A DNA stretch of 64,000 nt, from assembly GCA_964510065.1 (NCBI GenBank), contig CAZEAC010000010.1:2074-66073 (forward strand), written 5' to 3'. The notes beneath the pieces were generated by a model. It had not been told where the DNA came from. It saw only the letters and a program-made list of their open reading frames with translations, and did no database searches. Below, piece after piece: positions 50,297-60,311 of the stretch. The stretch's first letter is position 1; each line of letters starts with the position of its first letter. Both the position numbers and the translations under genes were made by a program. The stretch is from an uncultured Bdellovibrionales bacterium. GTDB lineage: Bacteria; Bdellovibrionota_C; UBA2361; CAIXSY01.

Positions 50297-50660
50297 GTTT
50301 TCCCATTCGGCATTCGAGCCCAGGGGCGGCCGCCCCTCTCGCTCGCTATGGCTCGCTTCTCCCCGCATCTCGGTTCGAATTGGTTCCCACCAGGTCCAGA
50401 CTTCGCCCCTCTGGGGCTTCGTCTGGCATGCCAGCTTTGCCGTGAAGCCTGTCGTCCCGAAGCTTTAGCGAAGGGCGACTATTCCCTTCGGCATTCTCGA
50501 GCCCAGGGGGCTCCGTCCCTTCTCGCTGCTGATTGCGGCTTCACCGCGATGACTCGAATTGGTTGCTGCCGCGTCAATGTTTTTCGCTTGGCACTTGGGC
50601 CCTTAGCGCGATGTAATTCGTCGCTCCGGCGGGTTCTTCTGGATTTACGGGCATCTCGCC
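50297..50660. repeat. two degenerate ~90-180-bp direct repeats resembling decayed copies of the ssrA 3' end (TCTCGGTTCGAATTGGTTCCCACC; GACTCGAATTGGTTGCTGCC)
   Basis: The blocks TTCCCATTCGGCATTCGAGCCCAGGGGC...CGGTTCGAATTGGTTCCCACC (50300-50392) and TTCCCTTCGGCATTCTCGAGCCCAGGGGG...GACTCGAATTGGTTGCTGCC (50483-50572) align at roughly 75% identity. They resemble the tmRNA T-arm/acceptor. Confidence 0.6.
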
Positions 50661-50803
50661 CACTTTGTGACGAATCCTGATGAGATTTGCGGGCTTAGGA
50701 CGTTGATCCTTCAGAATCGAATTTGCATTGTGAGAGAATGTTGATCGCTTGGATAGCTTCAATTATCAGGCATTTTTTTTAGTCGATTCTTGAAAAGCAC
50801 CTT

Positions 50804-51955
50804 TCATCTCGACTTTTGAGGTAGGAATGCAAAAACGATTTCTCTCCGAGCGCGTACCCCATTTTCAGTGCTTTCTATAAGCTGCATCTTTTTCAATGCC
50901 CCCAAATCGCGAACAAGAGTTTTTCTTGTTTTGCCTGCATAGGCTGCTGCAATCCGAGGAGAGATTTCTGGAATTTTTGCTACGGGGACGGGTGTAAAAT
51001 CCATAGCTAGTGCAAGATCGCGTCTGCGCTTTTCAGATTTGGATGTCTTCGCACCAAATAGCTCGTGTATAAGATTTCTCCAGGTCACATCAAATAATTG
51101 GTACTGAATCAATTTAAGCTGTTCCTTTAGCCCGTCAACAAAGCCTCTGATTGCATAATCGATAAACTGGATTGTGTCGCCACCAGATTGGCTTATGTAG
51201 TCGAGCTGACGATAATATTCATTACGAGTTTGGTTGTAGTGATTGCTTAATAGGTGTGCGGCAGCTGTAGGAACTTTTCCATTCAGAAGTAGCTGAAATT
51301 CAATAAGTCGTCCCGTGCGTCCATTCCCGTCTCCAAAGGGGTGTATAAGCTCAAAATACGCATGCGCCACTATTGCCTTCAGTATCCACATTCCTGTGTC
51401 GTATCCAGAGATTTGATTGAAGTCTGTAGCCAGCCATTTGCATAGTCCCTCCAGAAGATATTCGCAGTCTTCGAATGGCACGGCTCGGTATCGTCCGACA
51501 CCAACGGAATTCTTTCTGAATTCACCGGGTACGACGCCTTCTTCAACAGCCAACCCCTCAAGAACCATTTTATTGTATTCTCGAATCCGATCTATCGTCA
51601 CGGCTGATGGATTGTCACCGATCGCATCGTCCTTGATCTTGTTGCAAGCTTTTAGAATGTTATCGATTTCTTGACCGAGGTATTCCTGTGATGGTGGCAG
51701 TTCGAGTTTTTTTTCAATTCGTTGAATGACCTGTTCTTCTGACAGAGTGTTCCCCTCAATGGCAGTTGTAGCTCTTACGCCTTTCGCCAAGTAAAGGCTG
51801 TGAAGGTGATTTGCGATGACGGGGTGTAAGGGGGTGTTTGCAATGTGTTGGCACTTGGATTGTGCCTCGCCTAAACCAAGCCAAAGTGAAGGTACTGGTT
51901 TTCGCAAATCTAGGTTAAATTTTAACCAAGGATGTGTCTCTAAATATTTCCTCAA
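50804..51955 (-). CDS. Fic-family protein (AMPylase-type, with inhibitory helix motif and C-terminal wHTH-like domain)
   Basis: Fic active-site motif HPFGDGNGRTGR. Upstream inhibitory motif TAIEGNT ((S/T)xxxE(G/N)). Followed by a low-GC upstream region. Confidence 0.85.
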   Translation of the reverse strand: MRKYLETHPWLKFNLDLRKPVPSLWLGLGEAQSKCQHIANTPLHPVIANHLHSLYLAKGVRATTAIEGNTLSEEQVIQRIEKKLELPPSQEYLGQEIDNILKACNKIKDDAIGDNPSAVTIDRIREYNKMVLEGLAVEEGVVPGEFRKNSVGVGRYRAVPFEDCEYLLEGLCKWLATDFNQISGYDTGMWILKAIVAHAYFELIHPFGDGNGRTGRLIEFQLLLNGKVPTAAAHLLSNHYNQTRNEYYRQLDYISQSGGDTIQFIDYAIRGFVDGLKEQLKLIQYQLFDVTWRNLIHELFGAKTSKSEKRRRDLALAMDFTPVPVAKIPEISPRIAAAYAGKTRKTLVRDLGALKKMQLIESTENGVRARREIVFAFLPQKSR

Positions 51956-52215
51956 ATTTGTCCCTAGCGTATGTGTGCATAATATAGTGAATACAATATA
52001 TTATAGGATTATACGATGCAAAATGTCCAATAGAATGTCCTATGTATTGGGCGTCTAATTTGGCGCTGTTGTTTGATTCAATATTTCAGGTACTTAACCT
52101 GGACTTCTGTGATTACTCATAAAAGGCAGGGAAGGAATTCCCGGGGTTAATGGGTAATTGCGGACTTTTCACAGTTTCCTGCTGCGAATATCCAAGCACT
52201 CGAGACTTCGAGGTG

Positions 52216-52551
52216 CTATTTTCCAAACTTCTCAACGTAATCTTGCCGCACCGGAAAAAATGCATCGATGATTTTACAGTCGGTGAGCGCTTTGCCCGAA
52301 TGAATTGCATTCGAGGGAATTACTGCTACCGCTCCGGCATTGAGAACTCTCGACTCGCCGTTAATCGTGAGCTCAAACTCGCCTTCGATTATATTCGCGA
52401 GCTGCTCATGAACGTGCGAATGCTCGGGAAGTATGGCCCCTTTGGAGATGCTCCAGTGGGCAAGTGTAATGTTTTCCCCGTGCACGAACTTTGCACGAAG
52501 ACCGGGGAGTACTTCGATATCCTTTACTTTTGTAAGATCTATAAATGTCAA
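52216..52551 (-). CDS. cupin-2 domain protein
   Basis: G(X)5HXH(X)3,4E-like motif LPEHSHVHEQ...G and the second cupin motif G...P...H. 111 aa. Confidence 0.65.
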   Translation of the reverse strand: MTFIDLTKVKDIEVLPGLRAKFVHGENITLAHWSISKGAILPEHSHVHEQLANIIEGEFELTINGESRVLNAGAVAVIPSNAIHSGKALTDCKIIDAFFPVRQDYVEKFGK

Positions 52552-52623
52552 AATGTCCTTAACTTTTTCAGAACTACTTCTGAGTGCTTAAGAATAATCG
52601 CTTCATAGGTTATAATAATAAAT

Positions 52624-53520
52624 TTAAAAGATCGAGCATGTTGAAATGCGAAGCAGCTGGGTGGAGTGATCGGTCATGAGTATGTTGACGCCGTCGCCAA
52701 AGAGGCTTCTCCAATAAATTGGCCTGTCATAAACTGAGCCGGCGATATTCACGAGCGTTCGAATGCCGTGTTTCCGGATAGCACTGACCGCTTCGGGTGA
52801 ATACCACTTCTCAAGTTCTATAACGATCGGGTCTAAGTCTATTGATTCAGCAAGCTTGTCAGGTGAGCGTACTCGCATAAGGAGCGCGATATCGAAATAT
52901 TTATCCCTAAGAATTTTTCCGCATTGAGTACTCTTGCACTGTACAAGCACCCTGGCCTGATTATTGGTCGCACGAACCAGATCCAAGACTTGAGCGATTG
53001 CGTCGGGACTTTCATCCTTTAAATCTAGCTCAAGAAGTGTATTAAATGGCTTTACCGCTTCGAGCGCTTCGCGGAGGGTCGGAATCTTCTCGTCGTCTCG
53101 GCCTGCAAGTTCCACAATCTTTATCTCTTGATCGTTGAGCGAGTCGATTCTTCTTCCTTCGAATGTTCCTGGAGTTAAGGTGTTCCCACACTGAACCGTT
53201 GCGTCATGAAATAGAAGCGCGGTTCGTTCTCTGTTTAGACGCACATCGACTTCTAAAAGCGGAATGTGCAGTGAGGCGAGCTCTCGAATTCCGGAGAGAC
53301 TGTTGTCGGCGAAATGCTCTGTCCTTGCGCGATGAGCTGAGGGCCACGCGATTTCAACTGATCTATCTCGTAACGTTTCATGAATGGGGCGAGCTTGCGG
53401 CCATCGCGAGGAGCTCGCCGAAGGCGGACATTCGATGGTGGCATCGCGAATAGCCGTACAGCCGTTTAGCACCAACAGAATAAGGCAGAGGCCAAATTTT
53501 ATTGCAAAATTTATCGGCAT
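52624..53520 (-). CDS. glycerophosphodiester phosphodiesterase-family lipoprotein
   Basis: HRARTEHFADNSLSGIRELASLHIPLLEVDVRLNRERTALLFHDATV matches the GDPD catalytic block (HR...EN(T/S)...E.D...T.D...HD). Lipobox LVLNGC. Confidence 0.7.
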   Translation of the reverse strand: MPINFAIKFGLCLILLVLNGCTAIRDATIECPPSASSSRWPQARPIHETLRDRSVEIAWPSAHRARTEHFADNSLSGIRELASLHIPLLEVDVRLNRERTALLFHDATVQCGNTLTPGTFEGRRIDSLNDQEIKIVELAGRDDEKIPTLREALEAVKPFNTLLELDLKDESPDAIAQVLDLVRATNNQARVLVQCKSTQCGKILRDKYFDIALLMRVRSPDKLAESIDLDPIVIELEKWYSPEAVSAIRKHGIRTLVNIAGSVYDRPIYWRSLFGDGVNILMTDHSTQLLRISTCSIF

Positions 53521-53573
53521 AAGAATGCTGCGATGTAATTCAGATAGTGGATAGGATCGGCTCAGATTTGTTC

Positions 53574-56390
53574 CTATTCGCGATTATCGCCTGCTGTCGG
53601 ACTCAGCCTTTTAAGCAGTGATTCGAACAATGGTACCAACTTTTCCAGCGCGACGGCAATTCGCTCGGCGCTGTGTTCGAGGTCCGGACCACTTGCTTGC
53701 ACGGGAAGTGCGGTGAGGCGCTTTATAGTGCCCACGGCTTGAAGCAGCTCTTCAAAGCTTAAGGAGACAGCCGGGTTGGCCTTCGCTTTAATAAGTTCGG
53801 CCTTCTTCGCGCAGCAAAGGTTCGTAAGCGCGACTTTAATTGGTAAAGGGTTTAGGCCCAGGCATTCATTGGCGAGTTTCTTAAATTCCTCACTCTGCGC
53901 ATTACCGGGAAGCGGCGATTCGAGACTTTCAAGCATCTTGGAGATGATTACCTTTACATCCTCAATCTGCGGCCCTTTCAATTCAATGTGAATACCAAAA
54001 CGACCAAGCCGAAGTGCGGCGCGATCGACTAAGTCGATATGGTTAGTCGCCGCCATGAAGATTATCTCAGGATGCTTGGTTACTTCACGCTCGATGACAC
54101 GCAACATCGCGTTGGTAAGCGCGATCTGTTCGGGTGAGTTCTTTACAAGCTGCCGTTCAATCATCTCTCCTTCGATTTCGTCGAAGAAAAGAATGCAAGC
54201 CGGAGAGTTATCTTTGCGCATTTTTCCGGCGGCTTCTTCGATCTTTGTTTGAATAAATTTGGCGAGCTGCCGTTCCATCCGCTCCTCGGTCTCGGAGAGC
54301 AGCGCTTTATTTTGCCCCCACGACTCGGAGCTTCGTTTCGCGTCCTGATAAGCGGTGGACATCTCTTCTCGGGAGATACGCAAGATTGGCATACCCATGG
54401 TGTTACCGAGACATTGCACAAGAAATGTCTTGCCAACGCCGGGATCGCCGTAAAGAATAATTCCGTTCAGGAATACCTCTCCGGGACTCCTACCGCTCCA
54501 TGCGCTTTTGTTCTCGAGAAGCAATACGTGCTTTTCAATAAGCTCCGTGAGCGTGTTGACTATATCCTCATAGCCCCAATAGTCGCTACGATCGACGGAG
54601 TAGAGCCGCGTTACCGAACGTCGCGTATCTTCGACGTACTTAGCAACGGGCGAGTTCGAAGCCGTGAGATTCGCGGTTAAACTTCGCGAAAGATCCGAAA
54701 TATCATCCAGTCTTTGTAGCAAACTCTTTACGTTTCTTCGGACGAACTCATCTTTGGAGAGTACCTGCATCGATAACAGGACCCCGGCGAGGCGGGCATA
54801 CGGAACCTCTTTCGTCTCTTCCTTGCAGGCCTTAATTTCGTCATCGATAAGCCGTGCTATCTGTACGACATCGCGCTGAGCCATAAGTATGCGAATGCCG
54901 GTGGTCGTGCGGAGCAGTGGTTCGAGGCCTGTTTGCCGCATTGCTGACTCAAGTCGCTTGGCATTTTCCGGTAAGCCGAAAATGAGGTCTTCTACTGCCC
55001 ACGCGAGTGCCCGAATGTTTTCGGGTGATTCGAAATAATTTTCCGTTTTGTAGGTACTGCCTTGGAGCTTTCGAATCTTTCCCGTAAGCAGTTTTCCAGC
55101 GGCTTCGCGAATTGCTGGCTCCGAATGGGCAAGAATCGCCGAAACTAATTCCGCGTCGTTTTCGACGGGAATTATCTTTGAAAACTCAGGTGCAATCCGT
55201 CTTCGAAGTGCGTCCATCTCATGAAATGGATCGCGAGGTATGGAGATAAACGCGCTATCAAGCGTTGAACGGAGGCCATGGAAAATGCCTAAGAGCTCGG
55301 CCTGCATTTCAGGAGTTCGAAGGACTGCCTCAAGCTCTTGCGGTGCTACCCGCCACGCTGGAGCCGAACCGCTAAGCATATCGGTAGCAATTAGCTCGTG
55401 AAGATCGTACGTGTCAGGCTTTGTTGGATCGATTGCACGAGTTCCGAAAGAGATCTGAAGAAGCTTTGCGACTAGTTTCAGATCGCCGAGCAGTCCATCC
55501 AGTACTGCAGGCTTAAGCGATACTGAAAGTTGAGTTTCAGCAACGACAGTGTCGAGCTGGATTGGGTCGACATCGGTAATCGTAGCGGCGATCGTATAAA
55601 GCTTCTTGGAGAGCTCTTCAATTTGCTGCCCTATGGTTTCAGCGCGAGCACGGCATTCGTCGGCGGACTTTCGAAGACTACTGCCGTTCTCTTTGTCATT
55701 TTGCGCCTGCAGCTCAAAACTCGACGCTTTTGTCAGTTCGCTCGCTTTACTCTGCTGCTTTGATTTTAGCTCTTTAAAATGTGGAAGAAACTCCTCTTTG
55801 CGCGAACGAGAAAGCGCTAAATACGCCTCCGGCCCGGGAAGGTTCTCCATCTGGCTGTGGAGCCGAATGAATGGCGATCCGTAGCGGTACCACTCGCTGA
55901 GTGCGATAGTATCTCGATTGGCGCGAAGATAGAGCGAATGCAGCAGATCTTCCTCGCGCGATACCTTAGCCGGCTGGCGCTCGGTGAGCGCCACCTTCTT
56001 GCAGTCAACATGGTGCATAGCAATTGGAAGAAGCTCTAGAGAAACGGCTAAATCGCGTCGCGGATCGCGAGATCCAAAACGATTCACTGTCTCTAGAAAT
56101 TTTCCAAGCGCAATAAAGCCGCCGGTAGAGACCCGCAGTGCGTCAATAAATTCCTGAGCGTTGACCGATTTTGCTCGGAGGCCTGTGCCACGCGAGATAT
56201 CAATAGTTTCGTGAAGCGGTTGTCCGCGTACATATTTTGAGAGAAGTTCAGCAAGCTGTCGCAGCTCGCGAATTGGTGAAACTCGATCAATCGGTGGCAC
56301 GCGAGGTGCAGTTTTTACTGGGCTCGATGCAGGTGATGCGCCGCCACCTCTTGTACTAGCTTCATGGCCAAAGGCACGAGATTCAAGCAT
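53574..56390 (-). CDS. orphan classical-AAA ATPase with a ~640-aa predicted alpha-helical N-terminal region
   Basis: Walker A ILYGDPGVGKTF. Walker B ILFFDEIE. Second region of homology ATNHIDLVDRAALRLGRFGIHIEL (classical AAA clade). Large insert between Walker A and Walker B. Confidence 0.8.
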   Translation of the reverse strand: MLESRAFGHEASTRGGGASPASSPVKTAPRVPPIDRVSPIRELRQLAELLSKYVRGQPLHETIDISRGTGLRAKSVNAQEFIDALRVSTGGFIALGKFLETVNRFGSRDPRRDLAVSLELLPIAMHHVDCKKVALTERQPAKVSREEDLLHSLYLRANRDTIALSEWYRYGSPFIRLHSQMENLPGPEAYLALSRSRKEEFLPHFKELKSKQQSKASELTKASSFELQAQNDKENGSSLRKSADECRARAETIGQQIEELSKKLYTIAATITDVDPIQLDTVVAETQLSVSLKPAVLDGLLGDLKLVAKLLQISFGTRAIDPTKPDTYDLHELIATDMLSGSAPAWRVAPQELEAVLRTPEMQAELLGIFHGLRSTLDSAFISIPRDPFHEMDALRRRIAPEFSKIIPVENDAELVSAILAHSEPAIREAAGKLLTGKIRKLQGSTYKTENYFESPENIRALAWAVEDLIFGLPENAKRLESAMRQTGLEPLLRTTTGIRILMAQRDVVQIARLIDDEIKACKEETKEVPYARLAGVLLSMQVLSKDEFVRRNVKSLLQRLDDISDLSRSLTANLTASNSPVAKYVEDTRRSVTRLYSVDRSDYWGYEDIVNTLTELIEKHVLLLENKSAWSGRSPGEVFLNGIILYGDPGVGKTFLVQCLGNTMGMPILRISREEMSTAYQDAKRSSESWGQNKALLSETEERMERQLAKFIQTKIEEAAGKMRKDNSPACILFFDEIEGEMIERQLVKNSPEQIALTNAMLRVIEREVTKHPEIIFMAATNHIDLVDRAALRLGRFGIHIELKGPQIEDVKVIISKMLESLESPLPGNAQSEEFKKLANECLGLNPLPIKVALTNLCCAKKAELIKAKANPAVSLSFEELLQAVGTIKRLTALPVQASGPDLEHSAERIAVALEKLVPLFESLLKRLSPTAGDNRE

Positions 56391-56531
56391 TTTCCGTCCT
56401 CCTCACACAGCAGTCGCGCGAACAAAATAGAGCGCTCGAGTGCCCAATAGGCGCATTATAAACCCGCGATCTGGGGCAACCGAGTATATTTTGACATTAA
56501 GAAATTAAGCGTTATCGACGACATACTGAAT

Positions 56532-56951
56532 ATGAGCGAGATTCTACTCATTGATGACTCCGAAGACTATCGTGAAATTATTGGAACCATTCTGCTTGAT
56601 GCCGGCTATGTAGTTTCCGAGGCACGCTGTCCAGACGAGGCTTTTGGGCTGCTTTTTGGAATGAAGTTTGATCTTATCCTTTGTGATCTGCACATGCCAT
56701 TTACCCTTGATAGGCATATGCCAGAGTTTCCCTATTCAGTTGAAGTAGGGGTTCAAACAATTGAACAGCTGCAGAGCGCGCTTCCAAAAACTCCGATTAT
56801 CGCGATTACCGCATCGATGCCCTCTGACCGCGAGACGCTGCGTGACCGAATTGAAGTGGTGCCGATATTACGAAAGCCGTTTCCGGCAGACACCCTTATC
56901 CAGGCAGTAGAGTGGGCTTTACGTGATGATCCACGGGAAAGGATGCATTAA
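56532..56951 (+). CDS. stand-alone response-regulator receiver (CheY-like) domain protein
   Basis: ILLIDDSEDY...DLILCDLHMP with the phospho-acceptor Asp context. 139 aa. Confidence 0.75.
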   Translation: MSEILLIDDSEDYREIIGTILLDAGYVVSEARCPDEAFGLLFGMKFDLILCDLHMPFTLDRHMPEFPYSVEVGVQTIEQLQSALPKTPIIAITASMPSDRETLRDRIEVVPILRKPFPADTLIQAVEWALRDDPRERMH

Positions 56952-57020
56952 CTGTAAGCGCCTACGCCAACAATCAGGCGCTTACGTATTCTAGGGACAC
57001 GGCTAATGCGGCGCTGCTCA

Positions 57021-58379
57021 TTAAACCGCACCATCGGGCGGTAGTAATGGCACTGTCTCCCAGCCGCTTAATTCCCAAGAAAAGCCGATCTTCATTCCAG
57101 AGAACGCGCGCTGGCCGTCCAGGAAGAAAAGAAGGCTCAACATTAGCAAAACAAGAAATAATGCCCCTTGGAACGAAGCCCCGTAGCCGTGCCACGCGCC
57201 TGCGAGCCGAGGCATGAGAAAGAAGTAAAGCGAGACGAACCAATATGGCGAGTAAAGAAAAAATTCACGCCTGTGCCCAAAAAAAAGAATAAGGAGAAAA
57301 AAAACTGCAAAAATTGTAAGGAAAACGTAGGATTGGTAGATTCGCCGTACACTGAGACTCGGCCGCGCAATCAAACTACTCGCTAATAACCACGCCCAAA
57401 GCCATAATGTTCCGCCCTGCACAATTTCAGTGAAAGTCTGGCCGTAAAGCGGTGCCTGCAGGAGTGTACCTATGGTTCGATTTTTGTAGTCGAGCGGGTT
57501 CAAAACTGGGCCGAAAATGCTTCCGATAAAGACCGCGTATATTCGATCGAGAAACTCAGTGAGCCCGTGTGGCCAATACCAGTATTGATGATAAAATCGA
57601 ATGCCTGATTTTATGGAGGTTTGGTGGAAGAAGATCGGAATTTCTGGCCAAAGAAATGTCTGCAAATAGCCAAGTACTACAAGAAGTAGTGCGAGCAGTG
57701 AGGAAAAAAAAGCCAGCGCGCGAATACTAGCGACAAAGCTCTGACCAGAGCTTAGGCGAGAAAGTATAAAAAGAAATAGCGTAAGTGGAATTGAAAAGAT
57801 TAAAACGCCGCAGGCAGGTAGTGCTGCCAATGCCTGAAGCCACCAGCGGTTTTTCTTATCGAAAAGACTGAAGCAAAATAGTACGAGAAATGCCATGGCG
57901 TAGAGGTGGGTTTCGGGAACTGCTGAGAAGAAAATGATCGGGGGGGAGGCAAGCAGCGGTAGAGTAAACGCGAGATTTGTGCTCCAGCCGACGTTTTGCA
58001 GGGAGAGAAGATAGCAAAAAGCCGCCACGATCAGAGCGGCAGGGAACGCCAGAATAATTGAAAATGAGAGTTTCTCATTTCCCGTGAGCAGAGACATTAG
58101 CTTAAAGGGCGGGTGAACCATCAGCGGAAAAAGTGGGTGAGCTCGGATCCGATCGTAGGTTTCTTCGATTGAGCCACGAAAGGGTAGAGCCCGAATCTGA
58201 GCTTCGACCTTCCCTGTGTCGGCACCGATAAGCCAGTCATGCAGTGGTGACCAGGGTAGCTCCGATAGTCGAAAGCTGCTTGCAAGCGCTACCAGAAATG
58301 ACGCAAGGAAGACTAATAAAAGAGGCAGCCCGCGCTTAATAGTAAAATCCCGCGCCTCCGCCTTCACCTCCGACACCAT
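57021..58379 (-). CDS. polytopic membrane protein (more than 10 TM helices), hypothetical; last gene of the flp-like operon
   Basis: Hydrophobicity. 44-bp overlap with the upstream TadE-like gene. Confidence 0.45.
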   Translation of the reverse strand: MVSEVKAEARDFTIKRGLPLLLVFLASFLVALASSFRLSELPWSPLHDWLIGADTGKVEAQIRALPFRGSIEETYDRIRAHPLFPLMVHPPFKLMSLLTGNEKLSFSIILAFPAALIVAAFCYLLSLQNVGWSTNLAFTLPLLASPPIIFFSAVPETHLYAMAFLVLFCFSLFDKKNRWWLQALAALPACGVLIFSIPLTLFLFILSRLSSGQSFVASIRALAFFSSLLALLLVVLGYLQTFLWPEIPIFFHQTSIKSGIRFYHQYWYWPHGLTEFLDRIYAVFIGSIFGPVLNPLDYKNRTIGTLLQAPLYGQTFTEIVQGGTLWLWAWLLASSLIARPSLSVRRIYQSYVFLTIFAVFFLLILFFGHRREFFLYSPYWFVSLYFFLMPRLAGAWHGYGASFQGALFLVLLMLSLLFFLDGQRAFSGMKIGFSWELSGWETVPLLPPDGAV

Positions 58380-59079
58380 ACGCGGCCTGTGAGAGACGGG
58401 TGGACATTACCCCGCAAAGGTCATAATGCCCGGGAAGGTCAGGCATAATCACTACCCCCCAGGCGCGCCGGTCAGGCTGGGTACAATCAATTTTTACCAG
58501 CTGTTTGAACTTGGTCTTACAGCCTCCTACGTCGCGCTTAAATAAGGCGATAAGATCATCACAGCCTCTCGACGTAAGTATGTCGGTTCCATTACGCATG
58601 GCGTATGCGCCTGTTCCTTCGGCAAGCGCAAACAGTGGCGGCTCCGGCGGATTAAGATTCCACTGAGTACGATCGACCGGGGCATTAAGTCCTCCGGGAC
58701 AAAGATTTGAAATATCGTCAATCTGTACAAGAAATGAACAGACCCCTACTTTCAGGTAGGTATTATACGAGACTCGATTGCTTAACTTAAAGAGCTCCCT
58801 TTCGGCCAAAGTAGGCGAGAGTAGAATCCGTCCGCCTCTGTTCGGATCAAAGTCAAAAACTATCGGCTCAGGCCCAATTGCTGCGACGAGATCCATTCCC
58901 TGTTCAAGATCGATGGCCAAAATCCGCGAGCGCAATTTCGGGTAGATAAATAGATAGCCGAGCAAAAGAATTACTAAGAATCCTGAAAGGATGAGCGCAG
59001 CCTCAATAAGTGCAACTCCTCCAGGCTTTACTGAGCTACTACCGCGAAAGCGCGTTTTTCTTATTATCCTCATCAGCAT
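58336..59079 (-). CDS. TadE/TadF-like pseudopilin (247 aa)
   Basis: N-terminal PGGVALIEAALILSGFLVILLLG. Confidence 0.5.
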   Translation of the reverse strand: MLMRIIRKTRFRGSSSVKPGGVALIEAALILSGFLVILLLGYLFIYPKLRSRILAIDLEQGMDLVAAIGPEPIVFDFDPNRGGRILLSPTLAERELFKLSNRVSYNTYLKVGVCSFLVQIDDISNLCPGGLNAPVDRTQWNLNPPEPPLFALAEGTGAYAMRNGTDILTSRGCDDLIALFKRDVGGCKTKFKQLVKIDCTQPDRRAWGVVIMPDLPGHYDLCGVMSTRLSQAAYGVGGEGGGAGFYY

Positions 59080-59183
59080 AGCTATTAGCTACTTTTACCA
59101 CTTCAATCAATGGTTGCCCACCCATCGTATAAAGGGCAAGATACTTTGCTAGTAAGAATTAGAGCCGATGAGCGAAGCCCGGT

Positions 59184-60047
59184 TTAGAGCCGAGCTTCAA
59201 GATAGTTCGGCACTTCGACATTGACCTGTTTCTTCGATCGGACCACAACAGTAAAGGGCTCGCCGCTCGTATCAATTCCCAGCGCCGACAATAACTTTAC
59301 AATAGGCTGAATAAATTCGGGCGAAACAGCATAGATACACTCGAGTGCAAGGCTATTAGTTGGGATGAATTCCTTATAATCATCATGAACTTTATTGAAG
59401 AGTGCGCGCGCACCACCTCTCGCCGGCTTAAATTTACAGGTAAGACAGCCTGCTCCATCGGCCCTATTCGCGTCGGTTCCTAAAGGGTCACAGGGATAGC
59501 GCACCTGTCGGCCTAGGCTCTCGTAGATAAGGTTATTGGCATATCCTAGGCCATACATATAAATCGCCGGAAACTCTTTGGGGGTTGAGCCGCTCTCGAC
59601 TAATAGCGAATCGTAACTTTTTAGCACAGACTTATAAGAGAGCTCGGCCACTTCCACCGGTTCGCTTGGAGTGGCTTCTTTCCAGTTTCTATTGACTAGT
59701 CGGATTGGCGCGCCTGCGGCAAGGATGGACTTGGCATAGGACCAGTCATTCGTACCACTTAAAACTGATACAGTCCCGGCAGTTGCATAAAGCGGGTCAC
59801 GATCCGGTGAGTCGGTGCTCACTCCGCCAAGTGTTGGGACTACCGCCGAGCCGGCGCGGCGTGGATCGCCACGGGTAATTGCAAGTCTTACTGCTTGACC
59901 TGTTGCCCAGTGCACCGTAAGTGTTGCGTGCAGAACTGTGGCAAGCCAGAGTATAGCGAAAAAGAAAGTCATCACTATCGGAAGGGCGAAGGCCGCTTCA
60001 ATTAAGACAGCACCTTTAGAAATATCGCCGTGTATGTACCGCTTCAT
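59184..60047 (-). CDS. TadE/TadF-like pseudopilin (287 aa)
   Basis: N-terminal KGAVLIEAAFALPIVMTFFFAIL. Confidence 0.55.
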   Translation of the reverse strand: MKRYIHGDISKGAVLIEAAFALPIVMTFFFAILWLATVLHATLTVHWATGQAVRLAITRGDPRRAGSAVVPTLGGVSTDSPDRDPLYATAGTVSVLSGTNDWSYAKSILAAGAPIRLVNRNWKEATPSEPVEVAELSYKSVLKSYDSLLVESGSTPKEFPAIYMYGLGYANNLIYESLGRQVRYPCDPLGTDANRADGAGCLTCKFKPARGGARALFNKVHDDYKEFIPTNSLALECIYAVSPEFIQPIVKLLSALGIDTSGEPFTVVVRSKKQVNVEVPNYLEARL

Positions 60048-60311
60048 CTAAATACACTCCTCGGGCGAAAGAAAGCCCCGCCCGTCAGTACACGGACCCA
60101 TTGGACCGAGCGGTGTTCCAGTATACAGTGGCGTGGCCCCCTGTGGTTGCGAGGCAGCGTCTAAAGACTGGCTCCCCCGTCTTTCAAATGCCCCGCCTAA
60201 GAAATTACTTACCCCCATAAGCGCAACGAGGAGAATTGAGAGACCAAGTACATACTCGACAAGGGTTGCCCCGGTCGCGCATTGCTTATGGTTCCGCCAG
60301 GATCTGGTCAT
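60048..60311 (-). CDS. flp: Flp-family prepilin
   Basis: ATGATLVEYVLGLSILLVALMG matches the Flp motif G/(A/T)T.IEY.L..(A/S)LIA..., with a short charged leader. The C-terminal extension is longer than a typical Flp. Confidence 0.6.
   Translation of the reverse strand: MTRSWRNHKQCATGATLVEYVLGLSILLVALMGVSNFLGGAFERRGSQSLDAASQPQGATPLYTGTPLGPMGPCTDGRGFLSPEECI

Noticed and set aside
49889-50800. Searched for an integrase or recombinase next to ssrA to define an intact genomic island
   Set aside because: No tyrosine or serine recombinase motif was found in any frame between ssrA and the Fic gene or beyond. Only an island remnant is claimed.
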